Assembly: GCA_965662235.1 (NCBI GenBank)
Contig: CBFIGY010000015.1
Span: 3,641 to 67,640 of the forward strand
Direction of reading: 5' to 3'
Length of the DNA: 64,000 nucleotides
Source of the DNA: an uncultured bacterium
GTDB taxonomy: Bacteria > SAR324 > NAC60-12
This document shows positions 33,951 to 44,600 of the stretch, piece after piece (the first letter of the stretch is position 1; every line of letters begins with the position of its first letter). The translations under genes and the position numbers were made by a program. Under the pieces are notes generated by a model. The model was given only the letters and a program-made list of their open reading frames with translations, did no database searches and was not told where the DNA came from.

Positions 33951-35695
33951 AAACCCTGGTCTTCTGGAGCCTGCTGACGCTGAAGATCGCCTGTGTTGCG
34001 GTTTGGTTGCTGGTCTCGCTTGGAGTGGCGCTGGCGCAGTCGGACCCCCGAGCACACGCCGCTTGGTGGGTGGAACAGCACGGGGCTTTGGAAGAAGCCT
34101 CGGTTCCAGAAGCCGCTCGGGTCCGGAAGGTTTTTGACCGTGTGGTCCATGTGGCCGACAAACGCGCCGGACGCTGGCCCCAGTTGGTTCTACTCCGCTC
34201 TCAACGCCCTCCCCTCGCCCTTTCGCTGCCTGACGGTTCCGTGCTCCTCAATCACGCGGCCCTGAATTTCCTCTATCAAGTAGACAATCCGGAGCTCGGA
34301 GACACCCGTGCCGCGTTTGTGCTGGGACACGAACTGGCGCACCTCGCACAGGATGACTTCTGGCAGGCAGAAGCCTTTGCGGCCTCTCAGGCAAATCCCC
34401 AGTGGGAGCAGTCGGTAGAAGACTGGCTGAAGGGAACGCAGCAGGCAGACACTCCAATCCTGAGGGAACTGCAAGCTGACGCCTATGGGCTCATCTACTC
34501 CGTCCAGGCGGGTTTTGCAGCAGGACCGGTGCTGGATGAAGGTGCCCGCTTTTTTGCCGATTGGGCGTCACAGTCACGGATGCATCCGCACGCCGGCACC
34601 CACCCTCCGGATGCGACCCGTGCCGCGATCCTTCAGGCGTCGCTGCACCAGGTCCGAGCGGTGCAGGACTGGTTCGACTTCGGAACCCTGCTTCTGCAGA
34701 TTGGGCGCTTGGAAGATGCGCGGGTGCTGCTGGAGGAGTACCAGCGTCGCTTCCCCGGACGCGCAGTGCTCAACAACCTGGGCGTGGTGGCGTATCAGCA
34801 GGCGATGGGGCAACTTGCGGCCTGCAATCCGGTGCTGCCGCTCTCCATGATGACGTCCCTGCTTGTCGACACGGAAACCCGAGGGGCTGGAACCCGTCAG
34901 GGGTTGCACAACTGCCTCAAGGAGGAAGCGGTGCAACGTGGCTTCCAAGATGCCGCCCGCTACTTTGAAGAAGCCAGCCAGCGGGATCCGGACTACGTTC
35001 CGGCATGGAGCAACCTCGCTTCTGTAAGGCTTTGGAAGGGAGACGCTTCAGGCGCAATGAGCGCCGCGGATGAGGCCCTGAAGCGGGACGCAACGCTTCC
35101 GGAAGCGCTCAACCTGAAGGCGCTGGCGCTCTACCGCTTTGGGGTCCAGACCGGAATCGACACTGCTGACCGTGCTCTGAAGGTGCTGGAAATTCTGCAA
35201 CGCCGCTATCCCGACTATGCTCCGGCGTCCTACAACCGGGCGGTGCTGCTGACGGAACGCCAGCGCTCAGCAGCGGCTCAGGAGGCATGGCAGCAGGCGC
35301 TTGAACAACCGCTTCCGGTGGCGTATGCCCAGCACGTCCGAGAACAGCTGGGCCGTCCTGCGGCTGCTCCGGCTCCGGTGCGAGCTCAGGTTCCGGCGCC
35401 CATCGCCCTCGGCTCCAGCTCATCTGAATCCGGAACCGTCACTCAACGCCTGCGTCTGGGCAGCTTCCGGGCGTCCGTTTCTGTTCAGGAAGACCTGCGG
35501 ATTCTGCGTCTGGGACGTTCTGTGGAGCTGATTCAGCAGGCTCATCCCGACCTCGACCCAATAACCCTTCCGCGTCCCAAGCTCCGGCACCGCCTTCCTT
35601 CCGGAGAGCTGTGGCTCTATGAGGACTTTGCCCTAGAGCTCCGGGACGGTCTCAGCCACCGTGCTTGGTGGTTTGCCCCTCAGGACCGTTCCTGA
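33947..35695 (+). CDS. Secreted HExxH metalloprotease-like protein with TPR repeats (BepA-like M48 plus TPR layout)
   Basis: N-terminal signal/anchor. FVLGHELAHLAQDDFW zinc motif. TPR-like repeats in the central region. ATGA overlap with the anti-sigma gene. Confidence 0.7.
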   Translation: MKTLVFWSLLTLKIACVAVWLLVSLGVALAQSDPRAHAAWWVEQHGALEEASVPEAARVRKVFDRVVHVADKRAGRWPQLVLLRSQRPPLALSLPDGSVLLNHAALNFLYQVDNPELGDTRAAFVLGHELAHLAQDDFWQAEAFAASQANPQWEQSVEDWLKGTQQADTPILRELQADAYGLIYSVQAGFAAGPVLDEGARFFADWASQSRMHPHAGTHPPDATRAAILQASLHQVRAVQDWFDFGTLLLQIGRLEDARVLLEEYQRRFPGRAVLNNLGVVAYQQAMGQLAACNPVLPLSMMTSLLVDTETRGAGTRQGLHNCLKEEAVQRGFQDAARYFEEASQRDPDYVPAWSNLASVRLWKGDASGAMSAADEALKRDATLPEALNLKALALYRFGVQTGIDTADRALKVLEILQRRYPDYAPASYNRAVLLTERQRSAAAQEAWQQALEQPLPVAYAQHVREQLGRPAAAPAPVRAQVPAPIALGSSSSESGTVTQRLRLGSFRASVSVQEDLRILRLGRSVELIQQAHPDLDPITLPRPKLRHRLPSGELWLYEDFALELRDGLSHRAWWFAPQDRS

Positions 35696-35824
35696 CGTTG
35701 GTTCCTGCCGCAATCTTTTGATTTTTTCTCCAGCTTCTTGCATCGTTGTGGCTCAGCTTTCACAGGTGCGTCCTGTGACCCTCAGAGAGGGATCCTTCTG
35801 ACTGATTTGCCTCAAGCCATCACC

Positions 35825-36451
35825 ATGCCTGACACGCCTCGTTTGCTCATCACCTGCCTGGACCTCGAAGGGGTTCTGATTCCAGAAATCTGGTTAGGCC
35901 TCGCCGACCGAACCGGTCTGGAGGATCTTCGCCTGACCACGCGTGACCTTGCGGATTATGACGAGCTGATGCAGCACCGGTTGCGGGTCTGTGAGCAGCA
36001 TGGGCTGGGACTTCCGGACATCCAGAAGGTCGTGGAAACCATGGCACCGATGCCCGGCGCCGTTGAGTTCCTCCGCTGGCTCAAGACCAAGGGCGAGGTG
36101 GTGATCCTCTCAGACACCTTCCGCGAGTTTGTGGAACCGCTGCTGCCGCAGCTGGAGCACCCGACCCTCTTCTGTCATTCCCTAGAGGTGGAGCCTTCGG
36201 GCAGGATTGCCAACTACTGCCTGCGCCTGCAGGACCAGAAGCGCAAGGCCGTCGAAGCCTTCCGGAGCCTGAACTTTCAGGTGGTGTCTGCCGGTGATTC
36301 CTATAACGACATTTCCATGCTCCAAGCCTCCCACTGGGGACTGCTCTTCCGTCCTGCAGAAAAAGTGGTGGCTGAGTATCCTGAATTTCCGGTGACCACC
36401 GATTACGCTGGCCTCCAGGCAGAGCTGTCCAAGCTTCCGGGCTATGCGTAA
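35825..36451 (+). CDS. thrH: ThrH-type phosphoserine phosphatase / homoserine phosphotransferase (HAD family)
   Basis: Collinear with Pseudomonas ThrH as I recall it: CLDLEGVLIPEIW, VVILSDTF and AGDSYNDISML. The ATG at 35825 removes a non-homologous 29-aa leader. Confidence 0.8.
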   Translation: MPDTPRLLITCLDLEGVLIPEIWLGLADRTGLEDLRLTTRDLADYDELMQHRLRVCEQHGLGLPDIQKVVETMAPMPGAVEFLRWLKTKGEVVILSDTFREFVEPLLPQLEHPTLFCHSLEVEPSGRIANYCLRLQDQKRKAVEAFRSLNFQVVSAGDSYNDISMLQASHWGLLFRPAEKVVAEYPEFPVTTDYAGLQAELSKLPGYA

Positions 36452-37247
36452 ACCCTCTCGAAGCCCTCGTTCCGGAGGCAAACCCGCAGCACGGGGACGC
36501 CGTCCAGGCGCGCCTCGGAGCCGTGAAGAAGTGCTCTACGGCATCCAACCCATTGCAGAAGCCCTCCAGCATCGTCTCCGTCCCCTCGAAGCGCTGTTGG
36601 TGAAGAGTGGAGCGCGCAACTCACGGATTGAGGAGCTGGTGCATCAGGCACAGGCGCTTCAGCTACCGGTCCGCTCAGTGGAAGGCCGTGAGCTGGACCA
36701 GCGGTGTCCGGGTGCAGTGCATCAGGGCGTGGTGCTGGAGTGTGGGGAGCGGGAGACCCTAGAGGCGGAGGCCCTGCCTGACGCACGTCGGCAGCCGTAT
36801 CCGGTCCTCATGGCGTTGGATCAGGTGGAAGATCCGCACAACCTTGGAGCCATTTTGCGGACCTGTGGCTTCTTTGGTGTCGACGCGCTCGTGATGCCCC
36901 GAGACCATGCACCACCGCTTGGGGGAGTGGTCGCCAAAAGTTCCACCGGCGTGTCCGAGTGGTTCCCGATCCTCAAGGTGCCGAACCTGCACCGTTTCCT
37001 GACCCAACAGCAGCAAGCTGGTTACTGGGTGGTTGGGTTGGACATGAATGGTGCCGAGCCGCTGACAGCGCTTCAACGGGACCGAGCGCTGATTCTGGTG
37101 ATGGGAAACGAAGGGCAGGGACTGAGGCCACTGACGCGACAGACGTGTGACTGGGCGGTGCAGATTTCCGGAAGCGGGGCTGTGGAATCATTGAACGTCA
37201 GCAACGCTGCTGCGATTACTCTGCATCAGGTCTTTCGGGAAGCGTAA
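36444..37247 (+). CDS. rlmB: 23S rRNA (guanosine-2'-O)-methyltransferase RlmB (SpoU/TrmH family)
   Basis: LDQVEDPHNLGAILRTCGFFGVDALV, LVMGNEGQGLR and ESLNVSNAAAITL. Confidence 0.85.
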   Translation: MRKPSRSPRSGGKPAARGRRPGAPRSREEVLYGIQPIAEALQHRLRPLEALLVKSGARNSRIEELVHQAQALQLPVRSVEGRELDQRCPGAVHQGVVLECGERETLEAEALPDARRQPYPVLMALDQVEDPHNLGAILRTCGFFGVDALVMPRDHAPPLGGVVAKSSTGVSEWFPILKVPNLHRFLTQQQQAGYWVVGLDMNGAEPLTALQRDRALILVMGNEGQGLRPLTRQTCDWAVQISGSGAVESLNVSNAAAITLHQVFREA

Positions 37248-38673
37248 CTGCACGGACCTCCGTTTCCACAGTTCCATCTGGGAGGTGAATCTCCAGCCGC
37301 TCCCCGACCTGAACGTCTTGGGCGTGCCGCAGCGCCTTGCGGTTGGGCTTCCGAACCATGGCATATCCGCGCTGCACCTGAGCCAGTGGACTGAGGTGCT
37401 GCAGCGCTTCCGCATGGGCGCTGAGCTGTTGCTTCCGGCGGGTGAGGTCTTGCTGCAGCGCCCGCTCCAGACGAACCTGCAACTGCTGGAGGTACGGGGT
37501 GAGGTCCCGGAGGTGCTGCTGAGGCGCCAGCACCCGGAGGGTCTGATCTGCCTGCTGCAACCGCAGCTGCCGTCGTTCGTGCTGACGAGCCCAGGTTGCC
37601 TGCAACCGGCCTTCGAGGTCGTCCACCCGCTGCTGATAAAACGCAATGGCTCGTTCCGGGGAGGCGATTCGGTACTGAAGCTGCTGAACACGTTCCTGAG
37701 CCCGCTGCGTTTGACGCTCCAAGGACCGGATGAGCTGATTCTGCAGCTCGTTGACGGTGTAGAGCAGATCTGCCCGACGCGGCACCGCCTGTTCCATGGC
37801 TGCAGAAGGCGTTGGAGCCCGGACGTCTGCAACGAAGTCGGCAATGGTGTAGTCGGTTTCGTGACCGACCGCTGAGATGATCGGTAACGGCATCTCAAAG
37901 ATGGCCCGCGCCAGTTGCTCATCGTTGAAGGCCCAGAGGTCTTCCAACGACCCGCCTCCTCGTCCGCAGATGACGACGTCGACTCCCAACTCCTGATGAT
38001 GCTCCGCAAAGAACCGGAGGCCGGCGAGCAGCTCCGGAATGGCTCGGTCGCCCTGCACAGAGGCGGGATAGAGCAGCACCGGAATGCCGGGGAAGCGGCG
38101 GTTCAGCACCGTCCACATGTCATGAATGACGGCTCCGGTCTGAGAGGTGACAATGCCAATCCGGTTGGGCAGAAAGGGAAGGGGCCGCTTGTGTCGGTCG
38201 TCAAAGAGGCCCTCACGCTGGAGCCGGTTCCGGAGCTGCTCAAACGCCAGCTGGAGCGCCCCCACGCCCTTGGGTTCCAGTGAAGAAGCCTGAAGCTGGT
38301 ACTCGCCCCGTGGGCCATAGACGCTCACACTGCCCCGAACCACCACCTCCAAACCATGCTCCGGACGAAACGGCAGGCGTGCTGCCGCGTTCCGGAACAT
38401 CACCACCCGAATCTGTGCCTGCGTGTCCTTGAGCGTGAAGTAGAGGTGCCCGGACGACGCCCGGGTGAGGTTAGAAATTTCGCCCTCCACCATCACGCCC
38501 CGGAACTTTCCCTCTAGGACAAAACGGATCTGCTGTGTCAGTTCAGCCACCGTCAGAGGCTGCGGAGGCGAAGGGGGCGGCGGGGGCTCTGACGGAGGAG
38601 TGGGTTCCGGAGTGCGGGGCTCCGTTTCCACAATGAACGGAATGCTGGTTTGGTAGCTTTTCTTAGCGGGCAT
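37216..38673 (-). CDS. xseA: Exodeoxyribonuclease VII large subunit, with a Pro-rich N-terminal extension
   Basis: OB-fold start LTVAELTQQIRFVLEGKFRGVMVEGEISNL...GHLYFTLKD. Catalytic core and C-terminal coiled coil. Confidence 0.9.
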   Translation of the reverse strand: MPAKKSYQTSIPFIVETEPRTPEPTPPSEPPPPPSPPQPLTVAELTQQIRFVLEGKFRGVMVEGEISNLTRASSGHLYFTLKDTQAQIRVVMFRNAAARLPFRPEHGLEVVVRGSVSVYGPRGEYQLQASSLEPKGVGALQLAFEQLRNRLQREGLFDDRHKRPLPFLPNRIGIVTSQTGAVIHDMWTVLNRRFPGIPVLLYPASVQGDRAIPELLAGLRFFAEHHQELGVDVVICGRGGGSLEDLWAFNDEQLARAIFEMPLPIISAVGHETDYTIADFVADVRAPTPSAAMEQAVPRRADLLYTVNELQNQLIRSLERQTQRAQERVQQLQYRIASPERAIAFYQQRVDDLEGRLQATWARQHERRQLRLQQADQTLRVLAPQQHLRDLTPYLQQLQVRLERALQQDLTRRKQQLSAHAEALQHLSPLAQVQRGYAMVRKPNRKALRHAQDVQVGERLEIHLPDGTVETEVRAVTLPERPDAE

Positions 38674-40393
38674 TCCGGATTTCTGTCAGGCGGTTTTCAT
38701 AGTAGTCGCTTCCTGAAGGCGCCTGGGCGCGGGGGCTCTGATCAGCTAGGCGCAGCGCTTCCTGAGCAGCGTGCAGGGCCTGCTCATACAGCCCTTGCTG
38801 CCGGTACCCTTCAGCAAGAGTGTCCCAGATGAACGCCGCAGGCTGATGTGCCAGAGCCGTCTGAGCGAGCTGAATCGATTCCTCTAGGGCCTCCGGATCA
38901 TCGGCGCGGTTTTCGGCAAGGACCCAAGCTAGGTTGTTCAGGGTCCGGGGATCTTCTGGGGCCAGCTCCAGGGCCTGCCGGTAGTAGCGTTCGGCTTCTT
39001 CCAATTGCCCTTGAGAGTAAGCGAGGTCTCCGAGTTGCGTCAGGAATCCGGAATCTCGCGGAGAGAGGGATTCGTTGTGCTGCACGTACCAAGTGAGCCA
39101 CTGACGGATGCCCGCGTTGGAAGTGGCGTAGCTGTTGATGCCAATTGTGCAGAGCAGGGTCAGCACGCATCCGAACTGAATCCAGCGGACGCGCCGGTGG
39201 TGTGCGGAAACCTTCTCAGGTGCTTGGGCGCCTGCTTTGAGGAAGTTGAGGCGGTCGAGGATGCCGTAGTGATGCCAGTTGGGTTTTTCGGGGTCAATGC
39301 CATTGAGCCAGGCGACCTTCAGGAGCGCACGTCCCATGGGCTCCAGACCCACGCGTTCCAGCGCATTGCAGTCTGCCTGACGTTCGAAGTTGCGGCTCAG
39401 GAATCCCATTCCGAAGCGTAGGAACAGCAGCAGCGCGAGCACCGTGAAGCTCCCGTAGAAGACCGCAGGCAGTTCCCACTCCCCAAACCACTCGGTGACC
39501 GTCAGGGCCGCTGAGAGCAGCATCATGCCCTCCAGAAAGGCAAAGAACGCGAAGGCGTAAAAGAGCAGGTGCTGCTTGCGCAGGTGCCCGGCTTCATGGG
39601 CAATCACCGCTCGGAGTTCTTCTGGAGTGAGGGCGTTCAGCAGCTGTCGACTGATGAGCAGGTAACGGAGTCCGGGAAGGAGGCCCACGACGCCGGCGGT
39701 TGCGCTGGAAAGCAACTCCTCCGGCCAGATCAGTACCTTACGGACTGAGACGCCATTGACCCGCAGTTCTTCTTCAATGAGGGTGCGGCCTTCGCTTTCC
39801 GGAAGCGCCTCTAGGTTCCACGCCGTCATCATCACTGGAGGCGCGAGCGCAATCATCAGGACCAAGCTGCTCAGGGTGCTTAGAAGGAGTTCCCAGTTGA
39901 GGGGCAGGTCTCCGGTCCAAAGGGGCAACGCCGCCAGCCACAGGGCATGGACGCCGCCGAGCAGCAGCAAGGGGAGCTGCAGACGGAGGCTCCGGATCAG
40001 CCGGGGAGCATAGGCTTCATGACGGTGCTGAAGGGGCGTGAGGGCCAGACCGTCGAGGAGCCAGAAGTGGACAATGAGCAGCGCAAACGCCCAGCCATCC
40101 GGATTCCACCACCCCTGAAACGTGCCCTGCAGGCGCAGGTCCAGGGCTTCGGTGTAAATGGCCCCCAGCCAAGCAGAAAAGATCAGCAGGCGCTTGAGGT
40201 GCTGCTGCCGCTGCCGCGTCAGGGGCCGGCCTTCGAAAGACGCCTGTCCCAGCCAGAAGGCGAGGCCCAGGAGGATCAGCAGCGTCAGAGGCCAGGGGAG
40301 GTTCAGCCACGCCTCCGGGCGAATCGCGGTATCTTCCGTGAGCAACGACAGGCTGAGCGAGGCAAGGATGAGGGGAAGAAAGGGCAAGAACAT
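38663..40393 (-). CDS. Polytopic M48-family zinc metalloprotease with a C-terminal TPR domain
   Basis: Multiple TM helices, AHEAGHLRKQH (HExxH) and C-terminal TPR repeats (YSQGQLEEAERYYRQALELAPEDPRTLNNLAWVL). Its end overlaps the xseA start by 11 nt. Confidence 0.8.
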   Translation of the reverse strand: MFLPFLPLILASLSLSLLTEDTAIRPEAWLNLPWPLTLLILLGLAFWLGQASFEGRPLTRQRQQHLKRLLIFSAWLGAIYTEALDLRLQGTFQGWWNPDGWAFALLIVHFWLLDGLALTPLQHRHEAYAPRLIRSLRLQLPLLLLGGVHALWLAALPLWTGDLPLNWELLLSTLSSLVLMIALAPPVMMTAWNLEALPESEGRTLIEEELRVNGVSVRKVLIWPEELLSSATAGVVGLLPGLRYLLISRQLLNALTPEELRAVIAHEAGHLRKQHLLFYAFAFFAFLEGMMLLSAALTVTEWFGEWELPAVFYGSFTVLALLLFLRFGMGFLSRNFERQADCNALERVGLEPMGRALLKVAWLNGIDPEKPNWHHYGILDRLNFLKAGAQAPEKVSAHHRRVRWIQFGCVLTLLCTIGINSYATSNAGIRQWLTWYVQHNESLSPRDSGFLTQLGDLAYSQGQLEEAERYYRQALELAPEDPRTLNNLAWVLAENRADDPEALEESIQLAQTALAHQPAAFIWDTLAEGYRQQGLYEQALHAAQEALRLADQSPRAQAPSGSDYYENRLTEIRNAR

Positions 40394-40459
40394 GAAGGAC
40401 TCGTAACCGAAAACAGATTCAGGTATGGTTGTTACTTTTAACTTTCAATTCAGGAATAC

Positions 40460-41626
40460 ATGGACTCCTCACCTTCCAGCAATGTACACCATCTGACGAG
40501 CAACGATAAGCAGATTGTCTTGGTTGGAACCGCTCATATCTCTCAAGCCAGCGTGGATGAGGTCCGTGAAGTGATTCAGCACGAGGCGCCTGATGCCGTC
40601 TGCGTGGAGCTGTGTGCCTCCCGTCTGGAAGCAATCCGGAACCCGGATGCCTGGAAGAAGACGGACCTCTTTCAGATCATCAAGGAGGGAAAGACCTTCT
40701 TGCTGCTGGGCAACCTGCTGATGTCTTCCTTCCAGCGTCGCATTGGCAAGCAGTTGGGGGTGCAGCCGGGAGCTGAGATGCTGGAAGGCGTCCGGGCGGC
40801 AGAGTCGACAGGGGCGACCCTGGTGCTGGCAGATCGAGACGTCCGGACCACCCTGCAGCGCACCTGGCGTTCCCTGAAATTCTGGGACCGGACCAAGCTA
40901 CTGGGGCAGCTGGTGGCCAGCGTTTTTTCCAATGAAGAGGTCTCGGCCGACGAGATTGAAGCGATGAAGCAAGGGGACGCGCTGGCAGAAGCCATGGATG
41001 CACTGGCCAGTCAATCGCCCCACATCAAGCGTGTCATCATTGATGAGCGGGACGCGTACCTAGCGGAAAAGATCCGCAACGCTCCAGGTGAGAAGATTGT
41101 GGCAATCGTGGGGGCCGGGCATGTTCCCGGGATCCTGAAGCAGATTGACGAGGCCCACGACCTTGCCGAACTGGAGTACGTTCCGCCACCGTCCCGCTGG
41201 GGAAAGCTGCTGAGCTGGGGGCTTCCGCTACTGATTGTCGGGCTCATCGGTTACGGCTTCGTCGTTTCTGGACAAGACGCTAGTTTTGAGATGATTCAGC
41301 GCTGGTTCCTCATCAACGGGGCTCTTTCTGCAGTGGGGGTGCTGGCCGCATTCGGGCACCCACTGACGATCCTGACGGCGTTTGTGGCAGCACCGTTCAC
41401 GTCGCTGAACCCAATGATTGCCGCCGGCTGGGTCGCCGGACTGGTGGAGGCCTTTGTGCACAAGCCGAAGGTGGAGGACTTTGAGAGCCTCAATGAAGAC
41501 ATCACCACGCTCAAGGGCTTCTGGCGAAACAAGATCACCCGCATTTTGCTGGTGGTTGTCTTTGCCAACCTAGGGAGCAGCATCGGCACCTTCCTAGGCG
41601 GTTTCGCCGTGGCGAGCCTGCTCTAG
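40460..41626 (+). CDS. TraB/GumN-family protein with a C-terminal membrane domain
   Basis: VLVGTAHISQASVDEV...VCVELC...ERDAYLAEKI...VGAGHVPGI, followed by four TM helices. Confidence 0.85.
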   Translation: MDSSPSSNVHHLTSNDKQIVLVGTAHISQASVDEVREVIQHEAPDAVCVELCASRLEAIRNPDAWKKTDLFQIIKEGKTFLLLGNLLMSSFQRRIGKQLGVQPGAEMLEGVRAAESTGATLVLADRDVRTTLQRTWRSLKFWDRTKLLGQLVASVFSNEEVSADEIEAMKQGDALAEAMDALASQSPHIKRVIIDERDAYLAEKIRNAPGEKIVAIVGAGHVPGILKQIDEAHDLAELEYVPPPSRWGKLLSWGLPLLIVGLIGYGFVVSGQDASFEMIQRWFLINGALSAVGVLAAFGHPLTILTAFVAAPFTSLNPMIAAGWVAGLVEAFVHKPKVEDFESLNEDITTLKGFWRNKITRILLVVVFANLGSSIGTFLGGFAVASLL

Positions 41627-41629
41627 GCC

Positions 41630-44600
41630 TTAGTGGTCAAACGCGAGGCTTTGGAAGTAGAGCCCAAGGCGGGCTTGAGTGAAGGCGTGAGGGTCGTCCG
41701 GAGGCGTGAGGTCTTCCAGAAACCGAAAGGGCTCCCGAGGTAGGGAAAACTGAGGCCGACTGGGATCCAACTGACTCCGGATCCAGTCCTGGAACTTCTG
41801 GTTGAAGGCCTCGGGGTCACGCAGGAACGGGTGAGACGCCTGGGCGCCACTGGCGGAGTAGAGGAGGTCAAAGCGCTCCGTCTGCAGAGCCTGCACCACG
41901 GTTTCTAGGTACGCCTGTGCGGCAGAACGCAGCGGTACCTGAAACGTCCCATGCCCCGCTTCACCCCGCGAGAGCAGGTAGGCCTCCCGTGACGTGGTGT
42001 CCTGCAAACGTCCGGCAGCATGGAGGGTGACGAGTTCGAGAAACGGCAGCAGCCATTCCTTTTGTGCAGACGACTTCTTGGCCTCCAGAGCGCGCCGGAC
42101 CAGCTGAAGGCTGATGCGCGGTTGGTCTCCGTCGCACAGCCACCACCCGGATGCGCCGGAAAGCGTCACGTTGCTGATGACCAGTGGCGGTCCCAAAATC
42201 CATGCCTCTGGAGCGCGTTTCCACGCTTCCCGTTCCCACGCACTCAGCGGCCCCACGCTCAGTCGACGGGGCACCAGCTTCGGACCACCCGTCGGCTCAG
42301 ACCATTCCTGCACCTGTGCTTCCCACCGCTGCATCAGCCCCAGGTGCTGTTCCCGGAGCCCGTCCTGCAGCACACCCGGGGGAAGCTTCCCCCGTTGCTC
42401 CCATCGCTGAAACACCTGGCCATACGCCTCCTCCCAGCCCCTTGCGGACGTCAGGGCGTCGCCCAGTGCCTCCCGCAGCAAAAGGGTTTCTTCCAGAGCA
42501 TTGAGCTGAAACGGCTCCTGCTCAACGTCTGTCAGGTCCTCCTCATCAGAAGCGAGCCGCAGCGACCGCTGGGTCTGTGCAACCAGAGGGTTCTCCAGAA
42601 AACGCTTCAGCTGCCCAAGCGTCAGGTGAGTCGCCTGAGGCAGCGTGAAGGCTTCTGGATGCAAGGGAGCCGTCAGTTTGGCCGGAAGCTTTGTGTGAAG
42701 CAGGGAAAACAGCTCAGAACGTTCCGGAAGGGGCTGGGAGGCCTCCAGCTGCTGCCGAAGCACCTGGGCCCGTGCCTGATGAAAGGCGGAGAGGCTGAAC
42801 TGAGGGAAGTCGCCGTCCGCAAGAGGTTCCAGCTCCGGGAAGTAGCGCGGATCGTACGAGGTCAGGGGGAGCCGCTGCGGGAGCAGCCGATCCTTCAGGT
42901 AGCCGGTGTTGAGGGTCTCCAGCAGCAGCTCCACCAGAGAAGACGGCTGCTGCGGTTCTCCTTTCGAGTCCTGGTTGAGGTAGCTGAGGATCAGGCGGTC
43001 GCTGGTGGAAATCAGGGTTTCCAGAAACTGATAGTGGTCCCGTTCCATGGGGGAAACGTCTCCAATCAGCCGCCTCCGGAGGGTCTGGTCCTTGGTTCGA
43101 GGCACCGAAACGTCACGCAGGTCCAGCTGATCTTCCGGAGCCTTGGACGGGAAGGAGCCTTCTTGCAGTCCCAAAATGAAGACGACCCGAAACGGAATGG
43201 GCCGCATCGGCTGAAAGGGCGACACCGTCACCCCTTCGGCGAGGTAGTGACCTTGCTGAAAGCGGGTCCGTTCGTACTGCTGCATGAAGAATTCCAGCAC
43301 CAACGGGTAGCTCAGGGGGGCATCTTCCGTGGGCAACACTTCAAGGTGCGCAAAGGTCTGGGTGGTTTCGAGCAGCCGTTGGAAGGCCTCTTGGCCATAG
43401 TCGTCTTCAGGCCGCAGGTAGGTGCTGAAGAAGCGGTGGAGCAGCCGCGACCATTCACGCGCTGAAGCGTGATGGGTGGCCAAAAATCGCGCATCTGCGA
43501 GCAAAGACTGCAGAACCAGCTGAAACTGTGCGGCGCTGATGGCGTCCGCATCCCCAACGGTTCCGGGAACCCAGTCCTGGTCGTCCCAGGCAACAGATTC
43601 CTGGTCGGCCTCCAGGTAGCTCCCCAAAGCCAAGCGTTGAAAGCCCTGTTGCCAGTGATAGCGTTGTTCCGGAAGGTGGGCGTAGCCGTGTTCCTGAAAG
43701 TCTGCGGCGTCTTTGCCAAAGTAGATGCCCAGGTCCTCGCTCCACTGAACCCACGCCTCCGTGTCAAGGGCTTCTTCGCCCGAGGGCGTCTTCAGCACCT
43801 GGAGGAAGCAGGGATTCTGGAGCAGGCTCAGGACCTCACGACGGGAGAAGTCGCCTAGGCCGAGGTGCAGCAGCTGCCGAGCTGCTTCCATGAGGGCTCC
43901 AGACGCGCCGTGGTGCCCATCCACCAGGTGGTACGGAAGCCGATACAGCGAGCGAAAAACCTGCTCCAGTTCCCACTGGTACAAGCTGAGGTCTGGGGCA
44001 ATGACCGCAATTTCGTTGAAACGCAGGGGCTCCGGATGGGAAGAATCCTGGACCAGTTCCCAGATGCGGTTGGCCACCTGTTCCACCTCGCGGCGAACCG
44101 TCGGACAGCCGACGACCTCAAGGCTGCCATCTGCCGGAAGCATCAGTTGGGTGGCTCCGGAACGCTGAGGCTCCCGGACCAGAAGGTCGTGCTGCAGGTG
44201 CTGAAGGACGGTTCGTCCGGGAACACCATCGGGAGCGTCTACCTCAACAGAAGAGGCATCGGCTCCAAGGGGGTCCCGGAAGTGCGCAAAGAAGTCCCAA
44301 TCGCCCCAGCGGTTGAGCATGCGGATGTTCTCACGGCCCGGATAGCCCCATGCCTTCAGCAGCGGATGGTCGGGGTCGTTCCTGAGCAACTCCCCGGGGG
44401 CAAGGTCGTTCCAGGTGACTTGCGTCCGCCGGGCCTCATAGAGGTACTGAAACGCCTCCGGACGCTGCTTGAACTGTCGCCGTTGCTTCCAGTAGGGCTC
44501 CAGGTCCTCCCAGAACTCCATGCAGGGGTTGAGCGTGTAGACGCAGACCTCCCGGACCTGCTCCACCTGCTGCGTCAGCACCTTCTGGTGAAATGCGGAA

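Noticed and set aside
37188-38009. 273-aa minus-strand ORF in another frame of xseA
   Set aside because: It is an alternative frame inside xseA. It is Ser/Arg/Trp-rich with no motifs, and the xseA frame is continuous and homologous end to end.
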